Source: Candidatus Eiseniibacteriota bacterium | GTDB taxonomy: Bacteria; Eisenbacteria; RBG-16-71-46 | DNA length: 64,000 nt | Reading direction: 5' to 3' | Assembly (NCBI GenBank): GCA_963717505.1 | Contig: OY970342.1 | Span: 1,216,001 to 1,280,000 of the forward strand | Part shown: positions 45,422 to 55,196 of the stretch, piece by piece | How positions within the stretch are numbered: the first letter of the stretch is position 1 | Layout: each line of letters begins with the position of its first letter | Made by a program: the position numbers and the translations under genes | Notes under the pieces: generated by a model | What the model saw: only the letters and a program-made list of their open reading frames with translations | Told to the model about the DNA's origin: nothing | Database searches by the model: none

Positions 45422-45925
45422 CTAACGCGAGCGCCAGCCGTGGAAGGTGATTCCACCGAGGAGCGCAAACTGCGAGAATTCGCTTGCCGTGTAGCGCCCC
45501 TCGAAGAAGTAGTGAACCGCCGGCGCCGGGATCCGGAACCCGCCGATCAGGTTGAGTCCCAGTTGCGTGTCAGACTGGTTCGACCGCTCATCGTCAATGA
45601 AGTTGACGCCGAGGCCGGCACCGACGTACGGAGTCACCTGACCCTCGGCCATGAAGTGATAGTAAAGGTCGGCATTGGCGCTCAGATCGCCGACGTCGTT
45701 GGTCTTCCAGTACATCACGTTCGGGATCAGGTGCAGGCGGGAGCCATGTTGCTCGAACTCCATGTGTCCGGCCACCGCGATGGTTCCGTCGAGGTTCTCA
45801 GGCGTCAGGTACCCGAGCTTCCCTCCGAATCCGGTCAGGTTGAAGGCACTCGCCGGCGGCGGCGTGGCGAGGATCCCGACCAGGCAGATGCAGGCGAGGA
45901 ATGACAACAACAAGGTGATTCTCAT
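45422..45925 (-). CDS. outer-membrane beta-barrel protein (OmpW/OmpA-barrel-like)
   Basis: Signal peptide, TPYVGAGLG, alternating beta strands; AAGGA RBS. Confidence 0.8.
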   Translation of the reverse strand: MRITLLLSFLACICLVGILATPPPASAFNLTGFGGKLGYLTPENLDGTIAVAGHMEFEQHGSRLHLIPNVMYWKTNDVGDLSANADLYYHFMAEGQVTPYVGAGLGVNFIDDERSNQSDTQLGLNLIGGFRIPAPAVHYFFEGRYTASEFSQFALLGGITFHGWRSR

Positions 45926-45988
45926 GATGTGGTTCCTTTCGAGGTGATCTGTGTGCTTCATGAACCAGTTGCCAGGGTCTCAAGCACC

Positions 45989-46060
45989 GCAGGAAGGGTG
46001 CCAGCGCCCGGTCGACCACCTCGATTCGCCCCGAGTGTGTTGCGGCGGAAGGCTTGGCGG
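45989..46060 (-). promoter_or_regulatory. sigma54 promoter within a 72-bp repeated element (copy 1)
   Basis: Minus-strand TGGCACCCTTCCTGC at 45989-46003; 58/72 ungapped identity to 50431-50502 (hand count). Confidence 0.75.
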
Positions 46061-46178
46061 TCTTGAACATCCCTGTGGCGGGAACCTGATCGACGCCCAG
46101 CTCACCGACGGATGAGGACAATCCTCCAACGCGTCGAATTCCATACAACTGGGATGTCAGGGACTGTCGAGGTCAGCT

Positions 46179-46367
46179 TCAGCCGATCTGGATATTCCTG
46201 ATATTGCCGAACAGCCCGAACACGTTGAGCACCCACAGGACTACGGCGATCACAGCCACGACGTTCATGATCCGTTTGATCTTGCCGTCCATCGGGATAT
46301 AGCTGTTGGCGAGCCACAGCAAGACTCCCATGACGACCAGGGTTACGAGAACGTTCACCAGTGGCAT
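46179..46367 (-). CDS. Thivi_2564-like small membrane protein
   Basis: MPLVNVLVTLVVMGVLLWLANSYIPMDGKIKRIMNVV; GGAG RBS. Confidence 0.85.
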   Translation of the reverse strand: MPLVNVLVTLVVMGVLLWLANSYIPMDGKIKRIMNVVAVIAVVLWVLNVFGLFGNIRNIQIG

Positions 46368-46473
46368 ATCAAACTCCAGTCTTGGGCGACCCGTGCTTCG
46401 CGGCAACCGAATCGGTCGCATTACTCCGGTTGCATGCCCCGCATCGTGCTGCGCGGTGGCGCCTTGGATGAAA

Positions 46474-46488
46474 GCATCATCCATGCCG
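46474..46488 (-). promoter_or_regulatory. candidate sigma54 promoter
   Basis: CGGCATGGATGATGC with correct GG/GC spacing, about 107 nt upstream of 46367. Confidence 0.45.
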
Positions 46489-46737
46489 TCCGGCCGTCGA
46501 CAGATCAATTGGGGCGGGACTCGCGTGTATTCGGAAGGTTCAGACGGCAGCGGCGGGGTCTGCTATGGGAAACCGCCGGGATGAGTGCCAAGGCCACGGC
46601 TCGAGCGGCAGGATCTCCGATCTTTTTGGAATAACCGGCACCCGTTTCCCTTGCCGGACGGGCTTCAAACGTCACCCGGTCACAGCCATGGGGCGTGTTT
46701 GGGCGCTTTGTCCCCTGTTCCCCCACCGACGCGCAAT

Positions 46738-46752
46738 TGGCCCCGGGCTTGC
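46738..46752 (+). promoter_or_regulatory. candidate sigma54 promoter
   Basis: TGGCCCCGGGCTTGC, about 100 nt upstream of 46855. Confidence 0.6.
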
Positions 46753-46854
46753 GAGTACGGTTCGTGCCCTGGACTCGCGCGCTATCGCGAGTCCGGACGA
46801 ATACCGAATCGGCTACTGGGCTGGTTTGGAATCACGCCACCTTGGAGGTGTTCC

Positions 46855-47394
46855 ATGTCGGACAAACTGACGGATCTGCAGCAGCCGATGATGGCTCGCA
46901 CGTTCCGTGATCGCGAATCCGCCGAACGTGCCTACGCTGCAATCACAGCACGCGGGTATAAGCATGATGAGATTCATCTCCTGATGTCAGATGAGACTCG
47001 CAGCCGCCTGTTCACCAAAGACGATGAGAAGACCGACATGGGCCACAAGGCGCTCGAGGGAGCCGGGGTCGGCGGCGCGGTCGGCGGGGTCGTCGGCGGC
47101 GCGGTGGGTGCCACCCTGGTGGGCTTCGCGGCGGCGGCAGCGGCATTGGCCATTCCGGGCCTTGGGCTCGTGATTGTCGGTCCGCTGGCGGGCGCCATTG
47201 CCGGAGCCGCCGCAGGCGCGACAACGGGAGGGTTGGTCGGCCTACTCGTGGGAGCCGGAATCCCTGAGGAGCGCGCCAAGGTCTACGAGACCGAGCTGAA
47301 GGAAGGCGGGATCGTTCTGGGCGTCCAGCCTCGTCATGAGGCCGATGCTCGGTACTTCGAAACCGAGTGGCAGGAACAGGTCACTCGCACGTAG
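46855..47394 (+). CDS. general stress protein-like glycine-zipper membrane protein
   Basis: GGAGG RBS; EGAGVGGAVGG..IPGLGLVIVGPL..GIPEERAKVYE..GGI. Confidence 0.85.
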   Translation: MSDKLTDLQQPMMARTFRDRESAERAYAAITARGYKHDEIHLLMSDETRSRLFTKDDEKTDMGHKALEGAGVGGAVGGVVGGAVGATLVGFAAAAAALAIPGLGLVIVGPLAGAIAGAAAGATTGGLVGLLVGAGIPEERAKVYETELKEGGIVLGVQPRHEADARYFETEWQEQVTRT

Positions 47395-47593
47395 TTCGAT
47401 CACTGCTTGAAACGGGCGCCCCTCTGGGGCGTCCGTCTCTCGACCGTCATGTCAGACCCCACGAGTCGATTTTCGGGGTTGTGTTGAAGGTTCCAGACGG
47501 CCATCCTTGTCCCGCGACGCGAGAACCCGCGGGGGCAAGGCAGCCGGGCCAGAAGAACGCGGCGCCGATCGTCACCCCGTGCTGGAGTCGAGA

Positions 47594-49577
47594 ATGACGA
47601 ACTCGAAAGGTTCAAAGGACGAACCCAAGCCCAGGCGCGAACCCGTTGGCGGAAAGCCTGTCGCTGCAGGCCGAGCGGAGCAAGCCCCGGGTGATGCGCG
47701 GGTGTCCCTCGACGAAAATGCTCGGGCTTGGATTACCAGCCTGACCGCCACGCCGCCCTCGGCGAGCATCGCCCAGCTGCGGGTCGGCGAACTCGAGGAG
47801 GCCGAGAGCAAGCTCGCGTCCACCCACGAACAGCTCCGGCAGGAAATCTCGGAACGCGAGCGAATTGCAGCAGAAGCACGGGAAGCAGAGCGAGTCCTGA
47901 GGGAGGTGCGCGAGCGCTTCGAGACCGCGTTCGACAATGCTCCGATCGGCATGGCGCTCATCGCCATGGATGATCGCTGGCTGCAGGTCAATGATGCGCT
48001 GTGTCGGATCACCGGTCACACCGAGGAAGACCTGAAGGCGACGACGCTTCGGGCGATGACACATCCCGACGACATAGAACTCGACATACAGAGTGTGCAG
48101 CAGCTCCTGGCCGGCCAGATCCCCAGCTACCAGGTCGAGAAGCGGTACCGCCACGCTTGGGGTCATCATGTCTGGGTCTTGGTGACCGCATCGATCGTCC
48201 GCGACGAAGATGGAAGTCCTCTATATGTCGTTACGCAAGTCCAGGACATCTCGGAACGAAAAGAGCTCGCGCGGCGCCTCGAGTACCTCGTGGATCACGA
48301 CTTTCTGACCGGTTTGTTCAACCGGCGACACTTCGAGCAGGAGCTCACAAAGGAGACCGATCGAGTGGCCCGCTATGGGGGTCCCGGAGCCGTACTCGTC
48401 ATCGATCTGGACAACTTCAAGGACGTCAACGACTCCTTTGGTCACAAGGCCGGCGATGATGTGCTCAAGGGAGTGGCGGGGCTGTTGAGGGAGCGCCTGC
48501 GCCAAACGGATCTCGTGGCGCGGATCGGCGGTGACGAGTTCGCCGTGCTCCTTCCACAGACCGACGCCGACCAAGCACAGAGCATGGCCGACGAGCTGGT
48601 CAAGGCCCTGGGCCGGCAGGTCGCCGTGCTCGCCGATCGGTCGATCCATATCACGGCAAGCATCGGCGTCACGCTGTTCGAGGGGCTGACGGACATCGAG
48701 GTGCTCGCCTACGCTGACCTCGCCATGTACGAGGCCAAGGAGGCCGGGCGTAATCGGTTCGCGATCTATCGGCCGGCTCCGGACGGTAAGGAGCGAGGGT
48801 CCAGGCGGCTTGCCGAAGCGGAGCGGATTCGCAACGCGCTCGAGGAAGATCGCCTGATCCTTCACTGTCAGCCGATCCTCGATCTCGGCAAGAACGAAAT
48901 CTGTCAGTACGAACTCTTGCTCCGCCTCCCGGACGATCTGAGGACGGAACCGCTCCGTCCCAGCGCCTTTCTCTACGCCGCCGAGCGCTTTGGCCTGATC
49001 CAAGCCATCGACGGCTGGGTCGTGCGCAAGGCGATCGCCCTGATTGCCGAACACGCGCGGGCAGGGCTCAAGCTGGTGCTCAACGTCAACCTGTCGGGCA
49101 AGTCCATCGGAGACCGCAAGCTGGCGGCGCTTGTCGAGGAGGCTTTGACGGAAACCGGAATCGATCCCGCGCGATTGATCTTCGAACTGACCGAGACGGC
49201 GGCGATCGCCAATATCGAGGACGCCAAGGCCTTCGCAAGCCGACTACGTGGCCGGGGCTGCCAGATTCGCCCTGGACGACTTCGGCGCTGGGTTCGGCTC
49301 CTTCTACTACCTCAAGAACTTCCCCTTCGACTGCCTCAAGATCGACGGCGACTTCATCCGCGGCATCACCACCAGCGCGATCGACCAGCTCGTGGTTGAA
49401 GCCATCGTCAGCATCGCGCGGGGAATGGGGAAGAAGACCGTCGCCGAGTTCGTGGCCGACGAGGAGACAGCGGACCTTCTCCGAAGGATCGGAGTCGACT
49501 GCGCCCAGGGCTATCACATCGGCATGCCGAGACCGGTATCCGAGATGCTTCGTGTCGGGGGGTCCGCGCTGGTTTGA
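47594..49577 (+). CDS. PAS-GGDEF-EAL protein; frameshift near 49264
   Basis: FDNAPIGM PAS, RIGGDEF, ELLLR, ELTE; DDFGAG..KIDG..QGYH in the next frame. Confidence 0.9.
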
Positions 49578-49598
49578 CGCCCGCCGGCGGCGGCCGGT

Positions 49599-50351
49599 CT
49601 ACCGATACCGAGTCTTGATCATGGCCCACGTCGCTCTGATTGTGGGCGTTGCCGTGTCGCCAGGGCTGGTGATGCTGTTCGAGTCCATGGTCACCGCACC
49701 CGTTTGCGCCAGGGCCCTGCCCGAGAGGACGGCACCGGTATTGAGTGTGATGCTCGCGCTGGCGAGAATATTGCCCTGCGTCGAGGAAGATATTCCGAGA
49801 GTCGCGGAGCTACCGACTTGCCACCAGACATGTCGATTCTGGGCGCCATTGGACATGATCACTGAAGATAAGTCGGCGCCTGTGAGTGTGCTCCCAATTT
49901 GGAAAACGAATTCGGCGCCCGGGTCGCCCTGGCCGTCGAGAGTAAGGGTTCCTGTCAACGGGACCGATGACGAAAAACAATAGACGCCCGGCCCGAGCGT
50001 CTTCCCGCCCAGATCCTGGCCGGTCATGTCGGTACCGCACGCCATGCTTGCCAGCAGATTGTATGCAGTGGTGAGGTCATCCTGAGCCTGTGCAGCGACG
50101 GGATCGCCAGCGTGAATCGTTCCTTCGGTGGGCTGCCCCGCAGGAAGGCCGGTAATCGCAGTGCCGGGGCTCACTCCCACATCCGCGTTGATTGTCGTCG
50201 CGCCGGTATTGGTGATCGTTGAGCCGGCCAGCACAGCGAAACTCGCCGCGGAGCCCAACCCGGACTGGGCGAATCCGAGTGAAGGGAGGAATAGCAACAC
50301 CGCCAGTCCAGCGCCGGCCACGATGGTCGAGTGCCGATATTCATGATTCAT
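49599..50351 (-). CDS. secreted DUF3494 (ice-binding-like) protein with TWxxIKxxYR tail
   Basis: FAVLAGSTITNTG, LGPGVY, FVFQIGSTL, WQVGSSATLG; GGAGG RBS. Confidence 0.9.
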   Translation of the reverse strand: MNHEYRHSTIVAGAGLAVLLFLPSLGFAQSGLGSAASFAVLAGSTITNTGATTINADVGVSPGTAITGLPAGQPTEGTIHAGDPVAAQAQDDLTTAYNLLASMACGTDMTGQDLGGKTLGPGVYCFSSSVPLTGTLTLDGQGDPGAEFVFQIGSTLTGADLSSVIMSNGAQNRHVWWQVGSSATLGISSSTQGNILASASITLNTGAVLSGRALAQTGAVTMDSNSITSPGDTATPTIRATWAMIKTRYR

Positions 50352-50430
50352 GAGGAACCTCCGCGACGGCGAGAAGTGGTCCAACAATCAGGATGGAATG
50401 TCGTCCACAAATGCCAGCCCTCGCGTTGCT

Positions 50431-50502
50431 GCAGGAACAGTGCCAGCCACCGGTCGACAACCTCGATCCCGGCCCATCGCGTTGTGGCGGAAGGCTTGGC
50501 GG
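50431..50502 (-). promoter_or_regulatory. sigma54 promoter within a 72-bp repeated element (copy 2)
   Basis: Minus-strand TGGCACTGTTCCTGC at 50431-50445. Confidence 0.75.
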
Positions 50503-50656
50503 CTTTCTATCTCCGCCGCGGCGGGTACCTAATCCGCGCCCTGACCCCGGCCGGAAGAGGAGAGTCTTCCAACGCAGCGAAATCCATGCAACCGGGCGAG
50601 AGGAAGTCGTCCCGGCCTGAGGGGGACCGGGGGTTCGCGGATGTGAGCGCTTCGCC

Positions 50657-51130
50657 TCAGCGCCCGCCCGACGTCACCTCTGCCAGCGTGGCCCGGTAGA
50701 CCGAGTCACGCCCTCCGCCTGCAGCCACGGCGCGCCCGGCGAGCGCACGGGCCTCATCCAGGCTCCGCCCTTGTCTGAGCAAAGCGATCGCCAGGTTGTT
50801 CATCGCGTCGTAATCCGTCGTGGAATCGCTGAGCGCTCGCCGGTAGCACTTCTCAGCGCTGCTCCAACGCCCTGCCGCAGCCTCGATGTTGCCAAGGTTG
50901 ACGCGCGCCCGGGATTGGTGGGGATCGAGCTTGAGAGCCTTGCGGTACTCCTTCGCTGCCAGATCGAGCTTGCCGCTCGACTCGTATACGACGCCGAGGT
51001 CGTTGTGCTCGCTAGCCGTCAGCGGGTCGTGCAGCACCACCAGATGGGCGCAACCCGATAGTGCGGCAACCCATACCGACGCCAGCGCGAGCGCGACCAC
51101 GACCGGGCGGGCGAGGCCCCGCGCATTCAT
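50657..51130 (-). CDS. TPR lipoprotein
   Basis: LSGC lipobox; HNDLGVVYE, ARVNLGN, AMNNLA. Confidence 0.88.
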   Translation of the reverse strand: MNARGLARPVVVALALASVWVAALSGCAHLVVLHDPLTASEHNDLGVVYESSGKLDLAAKEYRKALKLDPHQSRARVNLGNIEAAAGRWSSAEKCYRRALSDSTTDYDAMNNLAIALLRQGRSLDEARALAGRAVAAGGGRDSVYRATLAEVTSGGR

Positions 51131-51648
51131 GGTGACACTCTTCGGATGATCAGCGCCTGCGAACCCGCCGTCCGCCACCGTTTCGCGAGCTTGTCACCGT
51201 CCACAACGCTCGGTCGGGCCCCGCCATCATTCAGGCTGAAGGCCTCGCGTGCGGGATCCCAACCGGTTACCACCCCAAAGTGTGCGACCGTAAGCGGGGC
51301 TCGCCCGCTCTGGTAGAGGACGATAGGTGGCACTCCCAACACGAGCAGAGCGACCAACGAATCGGGGGTGAGGGTCGCGACCGTGGCGTCGTAGCCGGCT
51401 CGGCGCGCGGCGGCTGCGAGGTCTGTGATGAGCGACCCGCGCAGGATGGGATCGTATGCACTGTCTGCTTCATGAAGTGCCGCGGCGTCGGCGCCGTAGT
51501 AGCGCAACACCATTTCGAGCGCGGCCTGGCCGCAACGCTCGCGCTCCTGCACCACGATCGGTACGTCCAGGTCCACCACGGCCGCGGCCAGCCCGGAACC
51601 GGTGCCCGGCGAGGCTCCTAGCAGCAAAGCCACCAGCAGGCTCAGCAT
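51127..51648 (-). CDS. C39-like cysteine peptidase (PA2778-like), catalytic residues intact
   Basis: LDVPIVVQERERCGQAALEMVL, AHFGVVTGWD; signal peptide. Confidence 0.85.
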   Translation of the reverse strand: MLSLLVALLLGASPGTGSGLAAAVVDLDVPIVVQERERCGQAALEMVLRYYGADAAALHEADSAYDPILRGSLITDLAAAARRAGYDATVATLTPDSLVALLVLGVPPIVLYQSGRAPLTVAHFGVVTGWDPAREAFSLNDGGARPSVVDGDKLAKRWRTAGSQALIIRRVSP

Positions 51649-51685
51649 CGTTTCACGGGCAATGCCTTGTCTCCGTGTTTGAGAA

Positions 51686-51835
51686 TCACAGCACCTTCCG
51701 GCCCTGAATGACACGAATCAGCACGACGATGATGGCGATGACGATCAGAATGTGGATGAAGCCACCCATCGTGTAGGACGTCACCAGACCGAGCAACCAA
51801 AGAATGATGAGCACGACCGCAATCGTCCACAGCAT
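51686..51835 (-). CDS. lmo0937-like small membrane protein (49 aa; not in the ORF track)
   Basis: GGAGGT RBS; MLWTIAVVLIILWLLGLVTSYTMGGFIHILIVIAIIVVLIRVIQGRKVL. Confidence 0.88.
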   Translation of the reverse strand: MLWTIAVVLIILWLLGLVTSYTMGGFIHILIVIAIIVVLIRVIQGRKVL

Positions 51836-52216
51836 CTGCTACCTCCCATGTTCTTCGATGGACGCGCCAGCGACGGTGTATGAGTCGACCCTGAAGCCGT
51901 CCTGTGCGGCCAGCGAGGAACGATAGAGAGTCTCCGCCCGCGCACGGAACGAACGCAACAGAAAATGCGAGTTAGCTCTCGAGCCGGACACAAGCGTGAC
52001 GTTGCAGTACCGCCTCAGACCCTGCGACTACCCAACCGTGTCCTTCCGAAGGACCTGGGGCTTTGAAGATCCCTGCCCTTCCTTTGCAGTTCATTGCTGC
52101 GCTGAAGGTCGTTCGTCGTCTTCCTTCCCTTTCAGGGGGCGAGTCCGGAGCAGGCGGAAAGCCCCCAAGCAGAGCGGCAGCACGGATCTAGCGGCAACCG
52201 GGAGGTAGCTTCCACC

Positions 52217-52236
52217 GCTGGCACCATTCGTGCGCT
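52217..52236 (+). promoter_or_regulatory. sigma54 promoter
   Basis: GCTGGCACCATTCGTGCGCT, identical to 60585-60604. Confidence 0.75.
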
Positions 52237-52296
52237 TCGAATGGGTCTGAAGCGGCAATGCCTTACTTGCGGTCCCCCTACTCTGAGGAGTTGTCC

Positions 52297-53361
52297 ATGC
52301 GTCATGCACACGTAGTTCGTCGATCACGCCCGGTCGCGGCGTGGTTCCTGGCAGTCCTTCTGATCGCGATGGCTGGATGCAGTTCGGATTCCGAAAACCC
52401 GGTCGGTCCTGGAGACACCGTGGCACCGACAATTAGTGCCACCAACCCGCTCAATGGCGCGATAGGCGTGGCGGTGATCACCGCTTCGTTCAGCGAGGCA
52501 ATGAACGCCTCTACGATTACGACGGGGAGCTTCGGCGTGAACGGGCCCGGCGCGACGCCAGTGGTTGGGACCGTCGCGTATGATGCGTCGACGAACATCG
52601 CGAGATTCACCCCTACAGGCGCCCTCGCGGCTGGTACGGCATACACGGCGACGGTCACGACCGGGGTCAAAGATGTCGCCGGGAATTCCCTGGCGAGTAA
52701 TCAGGCATGGAGCTTCACGACGTCGTCGACGGCAGGTGCCCAGCTGGCGCCGGCTCTCGGCGATGCGGGAGGCTTCGTGATTCTCGCGGGTTCGACGGCG
52801 ACGAGCACCGGCGCCACCGCGTTGACGGGCGACATGGGCGTCAGCCCCGGGACCGCAATCACCGGCTTCCCGCCGGGAACCCTGTCCGGCACGATCCACG
52901 CGGGAGATGTTGCCTCAGCGTCCGGCATGACGGACCTCACCACCGCATACAACGACGCCGCAGGAAGAACGGTCGGGCCGGTCAGTGTGGCCGGGAATCT
53001 CGGCGGGCTGACCCTGCCCCCGGGCCTCTATAAGTCCACGTCGTCACTTGCGATCTCCTCAGGCGATCTCACGCTCGACGCACAGGGCGACCCGAACGCC
53101 GTCTTCTTGTTCCAGATGGCATCGACGCTGACCACGACCTCTGGTCGTGCGGTGATCCTGAGTGGAGGTGCGAAGTCATCGAACGTGTTCTGGCAGGTCG
53201 GAAGTTCGGCGACCCTGGGAACCTCCTCCACCTTCAAGGGCACGATCATGGCCAATCAGTCGATCACTCTGAATACCGGGGCGACGCTGAATGGCAGGGC
53301 GCTGGCACGGATTGGCGCGGTAACGATGGCCGGCAATGCGGTGGTAATGCCAACGCCATAA
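52297..53361 (+). CDS. lipoprotein with Ig-like (Big_5) domain and DUF3494
   Basis: MAGC lipobox; ASFSEAMN..WSFTT; LPPGLYK..FWQVGSSATLG. Confidence 0.9.
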   Translation: MRHAHVVRRSRPVAAWFLAVLLIAMAGCSSDSENPVGPGDTVAPTISATNPLNGAIGVAVITASFSEAMNASTITTGSFGVNGPGATPVVGTVAYDASTNIARFTPTGALAAGTAYTATVTTGVKDVAGNSLASNQAWSFTTSSTAGAQLAPALGDAGGFVILAGSTATSTGATALTGDMGVSPGTAITGFPPGTLSGTIHAGDVASASGMTDLTTAYNDAAGRTVGPVSVAGNLGGLTLPPGLYKSTSSLAISSGDLTLDAQGDPNAVFLFQMASTLTTTSGRAVILSGGAKSSNVFWQVGSSATLGTSSTFKGTIMANQSITLNTGATLNGRALARIGAVTMAGNAVVMPTP

Positions 53362-53399
53362 GGATTGCGAACACCGAACGGCGATACCACTGTAGGACG

Positions 53400-53452
53400 A
53401 CGTCGCGCACCTCGACCGGTTGAAGTCAGACCGGGATTGAGGTGTGCGACGT
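53400..53452 (+). terminator. long hairpin after the DUF3494 lipoprotein gene
   Basis: ACGTCGCGCACCTC pairs with GAGGTGTGCGACGT, inner CCGGT/ACCGG stem, followed by ATTTGTCTT. Confidence 0.5.
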
Positions 53453-53847
53453 ATTTGTCTTATGACGCTCGAGAGAACATGCGCGTGCTCGGGCTGTTGT
53501 GTGCACATAGGTCTGTCATCTTGAGTGTAGGTCTGTGCTAGCGACTGTCGGGGCCCGATTTGTCTTGCGCTCGGTCGCGCATGGGTAGACACTGCGTTCA
53601 CTACCCGCTCGATGCACGGGGCGGCCCGAGGCCCGGCCCCCACACCGCACGCGAGCCACGAATCGCCTGACCAACCAACCTCGGTTGGCCTGCGGTCGAA
53701 TCTCGGACCGCTCACAGCGACGATTTCAAGGGAACCCGGAACAAGAGAATCCGGATCGTCCCGATACTTGATCATCATTAGCGATGAGGCCGCCGCATCC
53801 GCGGCAGTTCCTCACTTGCCAATACCTATCATCGAAGGAGTCGTCTC

Positions 53848-54477
53848 ATGCGTTATGCACCATTCATCAGCAGCGTCGCGCTGCTCGCGGCCACGGTCTT
53901 GTCGGGTTGTCGATCCGATGATGCGGCCAGTGAGAACAACGCCAACGGCAATGGCGGCACGAGCAACTACTTGAGTTTGCCGTCGGGCTCATCGATCGAC
54001 ATCACGCTGAGCACGCCTCTAACCTCAGAAACGGCCGGTGTCGGCACGGCATGGACCGGGTCGACTCGGAGCGCGGCGGTCGTCGATGGCCGGAACGTCA
54101 TCCCTGCCGGCAGCTCGGTCGCGGGCACAGTCACGACCGTCAAGGCAGCTCGCAAGGGTGACCGCGCCATGCTCGACCTCGGGCTCGCCTCGATCACGGT
54201 TGCCGAACACAGGTACTCGGTGCACGGCAGCACGGAAGCCATCATTGCCGGATCGACCCGAGCGCGGAACCTCGGTGCGATCGCCGGTTCGGCGGCAGGC
54301 GGTGCGCTGATCGGCAAGGTAGTCACCGGGACCGGCACGGGCGCAGTGGTTGGTGGCGTCATCGGCGCTGGGGTGGCAACCGGAGTCGTCGCCGCTTCGG
54401 ACGGGTTTCAGGTGGTACTCAAGGAAGGAACCCCACTCACGTTCACGACCAACGAGGCTGTCGCCGTGCGCCCCTAG
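53848..54477 (+). CDS. lipoprotein with TrbI/VirB10-like beta domain and glycine zipper
   Basis: LSGC lipobox; LPSGSSI..IPAGSSVAG..GGALIG..GTPLTF; AAGGAG RBS. Confidence 0.75.
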   Translation: MRYAPFISSVALLAATVLSGCRSDDAASENNANGNGGTSNYLSLPSGSSIDITLSTPLTSETAGVGTAWTGSTRSAAVVDGRNVIPAGSSVAGTVTTVKAARKGDRAMLDLGLASITVAEHRYSVHGSTEAIIAGSTRARNLGAIAGSAAGGALIGKVVTGTGTGAVVGGVIGAGVATGVVAASDGFQVVLKEGTPLTFTTNEAVAVRP

Positions 54478-54493
54478 CGCAGGCGCACACGAG

Positions 54494-54844
54494 ATGGCAC
54501 GAATTCCCCGCAAGTCGGACGGTCGGCGGATCTTCACCGACGAGTTCAAGCGTGAGCAGATCGAGCGCGTATGGCGCGGCGAGCTGACCCTTGCGGAACT
54601 CAGCCGAAAGCTGGGGATCGCACGGAGCCTGCTGCAGCGATGGAAGCGACTCAATCCCCAGGGGGCCGAAGTCAACGGTTCACCCAGGGGGCGCGTGACA
54701 CCGGCAAGCGCTCTGCCGACGGAGCGCTACATCTTTGAGCTCCAACGGCTGGTCGGGAAACAGACGGTGGAGCTGGAGCTTCTTCGCGCAGAGTTGGATG
54801 CACTCAAGAATCGACGGCGCTCCCCGGGAGCGTCGAGGCGGTAA
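54494..54844 (+). CDS. IS3-OrfA-like HTH plus coiled-coil protein, no OrfB
   Basis: RRIFTDEFKRE..LAELSRKLGIARSLLQRWK..ELQRLVGKQTVELELLR. Confidence 0.75.
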   Translation: MARIPRKSDGRRIFTDEFKREQIERVWRGELTLAELSRKLGIARSLLQRWKRLNPQGAEVNGSPRGRVTPASALPTERYIFELQRLVGKQTVELELLRAELDALKNRRRSPGASRR

Positions 54845-54946
54845 TCGGGTCGGACGGTGAGCCTTTCAGCTCACCGCCGGGCCCCGCCGGTCAACTCGGG
54901 TCGGGGACGCCTCTGGCGTCGTCACGGCCGGAAGGGAAGAGCAAAG

Positions 54947-55162
54947 ATGAAACCCAGTGGATTCGCACTCGTGATTCTAGGAGTCCTCGCGCTTGTCTAT
55001 GGCGGAATCAGTTACAGCCGGCAGAGAACGGTCCTCGAGGTGGGTTCGATCACAGCGACTGCGACCGAGCAGAAGAACATTCCGCTGTCGCCCATCGTTG
55101 GAGGGATCGCGCTGGTCAGCGGCCTGGTTCTTCTGATGGTACCGAGGAAGCGCCTTGTCTGA
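54947..55162 (+). CDS. DUF3185-like small membrane protein
   Basis: GVLALVYGGISY..VLEVG..IPLSPIVGGIALVSG. Confidence 0.8.
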   Translation: MKPSGFALVILGVLALVYGGISYSRQRTVLEVGSITATATEQKNIPLSPIVGGIALVSGLVLLMVPRKRLV

Positions 55163-55196
55163 ACCAAGACACATCAGGAACGAAAGGACGCTGTAA

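Noticed and set aside
54480-54900. Intact IS element
   Set aside because: No DDE transposase, terminal inverted repeats or target duplication found.
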